Source: Myxococcota bacterium (GTDB lineage: Bacteria; Myxococcota; XYA12-FULL-58-9; JABJBS01). Taken from it: a stretch of DNA of 64,000 nucleotides. The stretch spans positions 1 to 64,000 of the forward strand of contig JAYZAY010000054.1 of NCBI GenBank assembly GCA_036339465.1. Direction: 5' to 3'. Both the position numbers and the translations under genes were made by a program. Positions 57,107 to 64,000 of the stretch are shown piece by piece. The notes under the pieces were generated by a model. It was given only the letters and a program-made list of their open reading frames with translations. It was not told the origin of the DNA and did no database searches. Numbering within the stretch: the stretch's first letter is position 1; each line of letters opens with the position of its first letter.

Positions 57107-60100
57107 TTAGAACCAAGTAAACTCCTCCAAACTTGGCTCTAATTTATCACAAAGTTCCGATAAAAAATTGAGGACACAACCGATGGATGTGGCATTACGC
57201 CAGCCAATTTCATCCAAGATCTCCACCGGCACGGCCAATAGAGTACAAGACGTTGCCGCCACCGCATCGGTCACCATATTGCGGTCGGCTTGGAGGGTGT
57301 ATTGCCCAAAAATCTCCCCTCGATTAAGCTCACAGGCCAATTTCTCCGCGCGTTTTAGGTGGATACGGCCGCGGAACACAACATAAAGCATGTCAACGGT
57401 ATCATCTCCTCGAAAAATTGTTTCTCCCTCGCCGAATTTTGTCACCTCAATTTCTGGTAAAATCTCATCTAAGAAAGCTACGGGTAAACCAGTGAAAAGA
57501 GGATTTAGTTCCATGCAAATTTTCATGTCCACAAATCCGATTTTCTGATCGGGGTCTTGGGTCTCGGAACCGGTCGAAGTCATTTCCTTGGGTTCGGTTT
57601 CACGTTGGCCGAGAAGCCTGGTAACCTTAAGACCAAGATATTCGAGGATTTCTTGGTAGAGTGAAAAATTCCGTTCCAACATACAAAGAAAGTCGGATCT
57701 TGTGAGAGCATAGAGGACAACGATACCCTTGGCTTGAAGGTCATGATTTGCAATCTCCGAATGGATAATTGCATTTTGAAAGATGACATCACCTCGGTGG
57801 TATCTTTCTTTGCCGTAAAGAACTTCCCCCGAATCAACGACGTAAAGAACAGGCACTTCCACCTTGGCGAGGGAGAGGATTTCGTCTGGTTCAAGAACGA
57901 CTTCTCGCATGCACATGGCGATTTCCGCGCGTGTCATCTCGGAGGTCTTATGGAAGAAATCGATTTTGGCCACATTGCCAATCATTGCATCAATATCGAG
58001 TTGATTTTCATTAAATTCCCCGGCCAACAATTGGTCAAAATCAGAAAACGATTCTTTCTTGTTTCTTTCGGATAAACTTTCCAGGTATTTGGAGGCGCGG
58101 GACTTTAGCCACTGGTTACTCAGTGGAAATTCCTCCGACACTAGATTGCTGAGGAGTTCTAAGGAAGAGCCAACAATACTTCCCATAGATTCTTCAATAA
58201 TCCGGATTTGACTCTCAGGGTCTCGAGTATCAAAGAATGGCACAACCAACTTTGCATGTCTCGGCTTGAGGGTTTCACCAAGTAATTCACAACAAAAAGC
58301 AGTTTCTTTGCGAGAGCGGCCATGGATGATGTGTCTTAATCTGGTGATGGGTAAGTCTTGATACGTGGAACTTAGAATTAGGAGGAGGCGCTCCATCGCA
58401 ATTGTATATTCCTGATCCAACGCTTCCATTAGGGTTTGGCCTGTTTCTTCTCGACTTGCGGCCAATAAAGAGCGTGTTTTCAAGAGGACCAGCGCCAGTG
58501 ATGCTTCCTCTGTCAATTTTAGGTCGAAAGTTTTTTTCTCTCGTCTCAAAAGGCTTGGAGACAGCCTTCCTATGGAATGATAAGCCTCCAATCGAAGACG
58601 GGAATTTGAAGAGGAAGTTCCTGATAGGAGCACAGGATAGGCTGCGTCATCTCCTATTTGCCCCAAAACCCAAAAATACCGTAGCCGAAGGGAGTCTGGT
58701 ACCATATGGTTGGGCATCTTCTCAAAATAATCGACAAGGGGGCCAACGGCACTCGCACCGGTTTTGATGAGGCCATTGATTGTGACTCTCTCACGATGGG
58801 CGAGATTCAAGTTTGCGATCACGGCGGGCCAGAGATGGGGGCTGTTGATTCGGAAAGCCGCATCTAAGGCTGCGTGAAAGACCTTTTCCTCCTTACTTTT
58901 TAAATGAACAATCACATTGCGGTAAAACGAAGCATTACCGATCTCACCTATGGCTTCAATGGCAAGGATCCTATCTTTGGAGTCACTCGACGCGAGGAGT
59001 TGTAATATCCGGTTCCCTGCTACCACCACTGAACTCAATCCACCGTCTTTAATGAGCGCGACCATGGCGGCCTTACGAAGTCTGGGATGTTGTGATTCAA
59101 GGTATTCGGTAAGAATATCAAAAACGTCCTCTTCCGGTATACTCGCGATGGCCATCAAGAGCTCACTTTTTACCTTAGGAGAGCTTTCTTGTTCCAAGTA
59201 TTGACTGACAAAGTCCAAGTCTTTCGAATTCAGAAAGCCTTCCAAACTGCGGGCTGCGAGACTCCGAACCCCAGAATCAGGATGGGACAAGAGCGCGACA
59301 CTTAGGGAGTGTAATTCCGGAATTTGAAGATTTCTTAAGGTCTCCAATGAATTGATAACTTCTTGAGGATACTTGGATTTGAGGCCTAACTTCACCAACG
59401 CAATGGATTCGGGTGTGGTGAGATCGATATTCAGATCAGCGATAGAGTGGGCACCTAAGGCATCACTGAGCATTTCCGGATAGTCTTGAACCGTCAAGAT
59501 TCCGTATGCGATGGTGCAAAGAGCCACTGCGAAGGCAATGAGCAAAAAGCACAGTGTTGGTTCGGGGAATTGGCGATTTACAAAGATGAGAATCACGCCC
59601 ATCAGCCCTCCTGCAATAGGGCCCGCCACGGTAATTGCCATATTTTGAGACCACCGACCGACGAGGGCAGGAAGGGGTTGAAAGAGCGAAAAATAAGATG
59701 AGACAAAGAGGGTGGGTGTCAAAGTGCGCTCTGTTACCATAATGATTGTTAGGCCAGTCAGAAGCCAGGGTCCATCACCGAATTTTACGATGATTAAGCA
59801 AGTCAAAACGACACATATTGCCGTAAAGAATGGAGATGCAATCAAGGGTTTAAGGGTTCCCAAGTCCCCCATTAATCGTCTATTTTTCAGCATATTTATT
59901 AATATGACCGCAATGGCGATAATGCCGGATGTAAGCGCAAAATAGGATGCAATTTCATCTTGACTGACCGAAGTTCTTCTTAGTTCTAATAGGAACGCAT
60001 TATCCAAGGGGAAATACATCGCAGTCATGAGCGTTTGGATTAAAAAGAGTTTAAAAATGTAGCTTCGAGACCGAGAATCCTTCATGGGCAAAGGAGCCTC

Positions 60101-60760
60101 TTGCCGTGATTGTTTGTAGGTGGGTGCAGGTTCCTCAATAGGTGCTAAGGATAGAATTCGTTTCTGGTTGAAGTAGGCGCAAACAATGGCTCCTAGAGAA
60201 ATGAATAATAGATTCTTGGTACCCATAAGTCCGATGAGTATGGGGGCCAAAAGTCCACAAATAAACTGGGCAACCCTTTCGACGGAGGCGAAGGTCCCAA
60301 ATAATCTTTTGCTTTGGCGTACATTGAAAACTTGGTTTGCGGTTCCCCAGACGACCACCGAAAGAAATCGGAAGGCGGTAAGATAGACCAGAGGCAAGGC
60401 AAAAGCTGCGAACTTATGGAGGCTAGGGACATCCAAAATAAGTCGAAATCCGATTACAAACACTGCGAGGCTTAGGAGAATCCATAGGTAGCTCTGTCGA
60501 CTGTTATATTTCGACTCCACCTTCGTGAACCCGCCGCCAAGTAAGGGGATAATGATCCCCGAAGCAACGTAAACCCAGGGCAACTCTTCAGCACCAAAGA
60601 CAGTGACGAAAATCGCAAAGACGGCAGTGCTCATAAATAGGTTTTGAGCACCGACAAATAAGGATTGGAGGGCAGAAGCTAGGACAAGTTCTTGTTCGTC
60701 TTGCTGAATTTCAAGAGCACTGACAATACGTGCATGTGCTTTATCGGATAAATAACCCAT
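57107..60760 (-). CDS. NTT/TLC-like MFS transporter fused to HEAT repeats and two cNMP-binding-like domains
   Basis: GAEELPWVY, WGTANQVFNVRQSKRLF, about 12 TMs, HEAT repeats (LLSHPDSGVRSLAA), GETIFR...LYVV.RG...GEIFG. Confidence 0.85.
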   Translation of the reverse strand: MGYLSDKAHARIVSALEIQQDEQELVLASALQSLFVGAQNLFMSTAVFAIFVTVFGAEELPWVYVASGIIIPLLGGGFTKVESKYNSRQSYLWILLSLAVFVIGFRLILDVPSLHKFAAFALPLVYLTAFRFLSVVVWGTANQVFNVRQSKRLFGTFASVERVAQFICGLLAPILIGLMGTKNLLFISLGAIVCAYFNQKRILSLAPIEEPAPTYKQSRQEAPLPMKDSRSRSYIFKLFLIQTLMTAMYFPLDNAFLLELRRTSVSQDEIASYFALTSGIIAIAVILINMLKNRRLMGDLGTLKPLIASPFFTAICVVLTCLIIVKFGDGPWLLTGLTIIMVTERTLTPTLFVSSYFSLFQPLPALVGRWSQNMAITVAGPIAGGLMGVILIFVNRQFPEPTLCFLLIAFAVALCTIAYGILTVQDYPEMLSDALGAHSIADLNIDLTTPESIALVKLGLKSKYPQEVINSLETLRNLQIPELHSLSVALLSHPDSGVRSLAARSLEGFLNSKDLDFVSQYLEQESSPKVKSELLMAIASIPEEDVFDILTEYLESQHPRLRKAAMVALIKDGGLSSVVVAGNRILQLLASSDSKDRILAIEAIGEIGNASFYRNVIVHLKSKEEKVFHAALDAAFRINSPHLWPAVIANLNLAHRERVTINGLIKTGASAVGPLVDYFEKMPNHMVPDSLRLRYFWVLGQIGDDAAYPVLLSGTSSSNSRLRLEAYHSIGRLSPSLLRREKKTFDLKLTEEASLALVLLKTRSLLAASREETGQTLMEALDQEYTIAMERLLLILSSTYQDLPITRLRHIIHGRSRKETAFCCELLGETLKPRHAKLVVPFFDTRDPESQIRIIEESMGSIVGSSLELLSNLVSEEFPLSNQWLKSRASKYLESLSERNKKESFSDFDQLLAGEFNENQLDIDAMIGNVAKIDFFHKTSEMTRAEIAMCMREVVLEPDEILSLAKVEVPVLYVVDSGEVLYGKERYHRGDVIFQNAIIHSEIANHDLQAKGIVVLYALTRSDFLCMLERNFSLYQEILEYLGLKVTRLLGQRETEPKEMTSTGSETQDPDQKIGFVDMKICMELNPLFTGLPVAFLDEILPEIEVTKFGEGETIFRGDDTVDMLYVVFRGRIHLKRAEKLACELNRGEIFGQYTLQADRNMVTDAVAATSCTLLAVPVEILDEIGWRNATSIGCVLNFLSELCDKLEPSLEEFTWF

Positions 60761-60774
60761 GAAAGATGAAAGAC

Positions 60775-63102
60775 TCAGTCAAAATTGGTCGTTAAAAGAA
60801 TTTGGTAACTCCGACCAGGTTGTGGGTGGATGGATGAATTTCCTGCTGAACTTCCTGACCAATTCTCATCGTCCCAATAGCCGGGGATTTGGCCCGCTGA
60901 AGCCTCATTAATTCCTGGGTGCGAATACTTTGTGCCCAAGAGATTGTTTATTTTAAAGCTGATGTCTAATCCAGGCATCACAAAGTCTCGAAACAGAACA
61001 TTGGTGTCAAGCACAAAGTAAGGGTCTATTTTCCAGATGGGATTACTGGAAACAGTGACGCGTTTTGAAACAGCACGGCCGTAAGCGGTGATTAAAAGCC
61101 TCGGCAGAGGCAATACTGTGGCCCCGACCCAAAGCTTGAGGGGAGCAATATCACCCACCCAACATTCTCGGTCTAATTTAGGAATGCCGTTGAGACTCTG
61201 CTGGAAATAGTCGAAACGTCCTAAGTTTCCACAGCGGGGATCTAGGTCATCATCAAGTTTCATTGCCCATGGAATATAGGAGGCATAAGCCCAAAGTTTA
61301 ACCCGGTAGAAATTCGGCACCGGGATGGATGCTACCCACCCCAAATCGATGCCCAAGGTCTCCTGATCATAGGCGTTCTTATAGGCATTGTTGACCAGGT
61401 TGATTACCCCATTGTCTCGTACCCAGTAAGTGCTCACGTGGAGGTTCATGATTTCGGTTTGGTAGGTTAGGTCGAACTCGATGGTCGTGGCTTTTTCTGC
61501 GGTTAGATTGGAGTCAGAGGCGACGAGTCCGCTAAAACGCGATTCGCGGATACTGGGTTCCATAAAGGCATAGCCCCCCATGAACTTCAATGTTAACCCC
61601 GCGGCGATTTCAGTGACGTAGGCAACTCGGAATGACGTATTGAGGCCGCCGCGGTTATCGGAGAGGCGAAATCCGAGGTCCAAATTATGGTGGGTCAGAA
61701 AACGGTATTTTGTTAAGAAATAGAGGGCGTAAAATTGCTGAAAAATTCTCTGTCCTGAATTGGTGGAATTGCTCGCAACATCCGTGTCAAAATCCATTGA
61801 AGGAATATCGGTATCGGATTGAACTGTGTAGGCCGCCTTCGTCCAATTTTTAGCGGTGTGTTGCCCCTTATAACGCAGGCCACTGATTAAGATTAGACGG
61901 TCGTTCCCAAAAAGATGGTCGGGTACAAACCAACTTAATTGATAATTGCCTTCAATTCCGTAGTTTTCCGCCTCATAAAACTGGAGCATGGGCCCTCCTG
62001 TGGTGCGAAAGAGCAGTGAATTGGACTCCGGCCATTCACTTGCCAACAACCGAACCATGGCTTCGGACCTCAAGGACTGATAGTGGGTGGAATATTTTAG
62101 GAAGGCCGCATAAAATTTATCTGACCAGATACTCCTATTTTGAAAACGGTCGCCCACAAATTGGGTCCCCAAGCCTCGGTCTCGAGCGTAATACTGAGCT
62201 CCCAATTCTAGGGTATCGGTGGAATAGCGGATATCGAGCCCTAAATTTTGATGGGGCGATTGGAAAGCTCCGGCTAAGTTTGAATAGCTGGCAAGGAGAT
62301 TTGGGGTCCAAAGTTTTTCATCCGAAAAATACTTGGCGTCCAAATACTCGTAGTTATCGGTCACAGAAGGATCGACAAAACCGTGCTCATATCGAAGAGC
62401 CACATTTAGATTGAATTCCTTACCTTTGTAGATACTGCTAATATCCGCCAAATAACGAAAGTGGTTGGGGGTGCCCAACTGGCTCTCTGGGGCTCGTAGT
62501 CCCGTGAGCGCCGATAGATGAAGTCCCGGCTCATCGGTTTGTTTTTTCGTAATCACGTTGATTAAACCCATGAGGGCGTTTGAGCCAAACATAAGCGAAC
62601 CAGGCCCATAAACGATCTCCACTCTTTCAATGTTGGAGATCGGAATTTCGGTCTGCTCCATATTGTAGACATGTCCGTGCCACTCAAGATTGTCGATCAT
62701 GAAGAGAAATTGCGGACCAAAGGAACTTCGTCGTCCGCGCCAATAACTCTTGGTTGCTGTGGCGCCGCGGGGCCTCGAAATATCCATGGCCGGCAAGTCG
62801 CTGAAGAGTTCTGAGAGTTCCATGTAGCCGCGTTCTTTAAGCTCTTCTCCCGTGATGGAGATAACCCAGGCCGGCGCCTCCGTTGCTTTCTCTGAAATTC
62901 GAGATGCTGATTCCACCGCAGGATTTACCAATTCTTCAATGGTGATCTCTTTGTATTCATCTTCAACCTCCAATGCCTCGACTTTGGGATTCAATAGCTC
63001 ATCGAGAAACTCAGGTGGCGTGGTTTCTTGGGGAACAGAGGCAAAAACGGTGTTAAAATGGCAACATACAAAGACTGCTATCGCCAGGCAATATTTTTTG
63101 AT
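60775..63102 (-). CDS. TonB-dependent receptor; apparent ATC start at 63102
   Basis: SASR..EAPA..ITGEE, IERVEIVYGPGS.MFG.NA..G.INVITK plug motifs, NNLL, PGRSY. AAGGAGG at 63111-63117 is followed by ATC and signal peptide KKYCLAIAVFVCCHFNTVFA. Confidence 0.88.
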   Translation of the reverse strand: MKKYCLAIAVFVCCHFNTVFASVPQETTPPEFLDELLNPKVEALEVEDEYKEITIEELVNPAVESASRISEKATEAPAWVISITGEELKERGYMELSELFSDLPAMDISRPRGATATKSYWRGRRSSFGPQFLFMIDNLEWHGHVYNMEQTEIPISNIERVEIVYGPGSLMFGSNALMGLINVITKKQTDEPGLHLSALTGLRAPESQLGTPNHFRYLADISSIYKGKEFNLNVALRYEHGFVDPSVTDNYEYLDAKYFSDEKLWTPNLLASYSNLAGAFQSPHQNLGLDIRYSTDTLELGAQYYARDRGLGTQFVGDRFQNRSIWSDKFYAAFLKYSTHYQSLRSEAMVRLLASEWPESNSLLFRTTGGPMLQFYEAENYGIEGNYQLSWFVPDHLFGNDRLILISGLRYKGQHTAKNWTKAAYTVQSDTDIPSMDFDTDVASNSTNSGQRIFQQFYALYFLTKYRFLTHHNLDLGFRLSDNRGGLNTSFRVAYVTEIAAGLTLKFMGGYAFMEPSIRESRFSGLVASDSNLTAEKATTIEFDLTYQTEIMNLHVSTYWVRDNGVINLVNNAYKNAYDQETLGIDLGWVASIPVPNFYRVKLWAYASYIPWAMKLDDDLDPRCGNLGRFDYFQQSLNGIPKLDRECWVGDIAPLKLWVGATVLPLPRLLITAYGRAVSKRVTVSSNPIWKIDPYFVLDTNVLFRDFVMPGLDISFKINNLLGTKYSHPGINEASAGQIPGYWDDENWSGSSAGNSSIHPQPGRSYQILLTTNFD

Positions 63103-63674
63103 GGCTCTGTCCTCCTTGGCCGACGATAGCTTATTTCGAAGATTTTACCAAGTTTCCAATCAACCCGAGATTTGGTTTTTAAGGAGTGTCACCTGGCGGC
63201 TCAGGCCTCTCCAAATCGGTTTAAAGAGCGCTTTAACGCTAGAAAGAGAGGAGCGCAAATTTCTATGGAATTGGGATAAGCGAACTTGCCTTTGGGGGAT
63301 ATGGATGTCACTTGAAGAATTTAAGCTACCAATTGAAATGGTAATAAACGTTCTGCGATAATGACAACAGCGAGTGGGGGGGTATGGATATATTGGATAG
63401 CTCAAAGCATGTTTGGGAGCGTGAATCCCCTTGGGTCAAAGTATGGCTTGTAGAGGATAGGCCAATGTTGAAAGTTGAGCACACCATCACCTCAGATGTG
63501 TGCCAAAGGCACGGGGTCAATATCAGAAAAGTAACCCCCGGCTTAAGCCACTATGGGGGATTGGAAACCACCGGTATTTCCTACGCCCAATTTACGGTGA
63601 TGTATGCGTTTATTGCTTTGGCACAAAACAACTTTAGGCCCACCGGGGTTTCTCATGATGATTTTGACGATTTT

Positions 63675-64000
63675 CTAGCGCTTCGAGACATCTTCCTGCT
63701 TTTCGACTCCACCAAGAGTCAGAAAATCCCTATCGGATTCGCAATTCAAGAGCTCTACCAGCAAAAATCCCATGAAACTTCCGGTTTGGAGAGGGAATTT
63801 AAGGTAGCCATCAATCAGCCCGTCTACTTTCTCCATAGTTTCGCCCTCGAAGCAGGCAATCTGGGACGGGGCTATGGAAAATATTTTGCCGATTGTGTTC
63901 TGGGGCTTGGTCGGGAGCGCTATGGCCAAAATTATACTCGGTTGCTGGTCACTGGAGAACCTAACCAATTCGAGGGAGGAGCCCCGGTGCTCAGTTTTTA
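63675..64000 (-). CDS. 3' end of a hypothetical gene entering from the right edge
   Basis: Frame is open from the window edge to TAG 63675; no recognisable motif. Confidence 0.4.
   Translation of the reverse strand, partial: KTEHRGSSLELVRFSSDQQPSIILAIALPTKPQNTIGKIFSIAPSQIACFEGETMEKVDGLIDGYLKFPLQTGSFMGFLLVELLNCESDRDFLTLGGVEKQEDVSKR

Noticed and set aside
62852..63520. Three overlapping ORFs upstream of the TonB receptor
   Set aside because: No motifs; partly antisense to the receptor's 5' end

Overview
Bacterial DNA, probably Myxococcota-like (DUF2330 protein with a MYXO-CTERM tail, a 'YP..RPLTLP' outer-membrane protein). All calls come from reading motifs and from recalled family knowledge; no database search was run. 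Main content: (1) a ~27 kb type VI secretion locus (27.9-54.5 kb) whose sheath, tube, IglI and split-VgrG genes look like Francisella pathogenicity island (T6SS-ii) components. It also carries TssE, a canonical PAAR, its own ClpB-type ATPase, a second IglC-like tube paralog, a second short spike needle, a catalytically degenerate adenylate-forming (ANL) protein and a Zn-ribbon methyltransferase. (2) An ACP / FAAL / TamH-like transaminase-reductase fusion / GNAT operon (10.1-16.1 kb) predicted to make and then modify a long-chain fatty amine, preceded by P450, desaturase and TMEM164-like genes. (3) Scattered effector-like genes with no obvious immunity partner: a U-box protein cut by the left edge and missing from the ORF track, a Zn deaminase with a disordered N-terminus, a PI-PLC, and a possible pore former. 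(4) A TonB receptor (apparent ATC start) / NTT-HEAT-cNMP / beta-propeller lipoprotein / Zn-finger gene run. No rRNA, tRNA or CRISPR array was seen.
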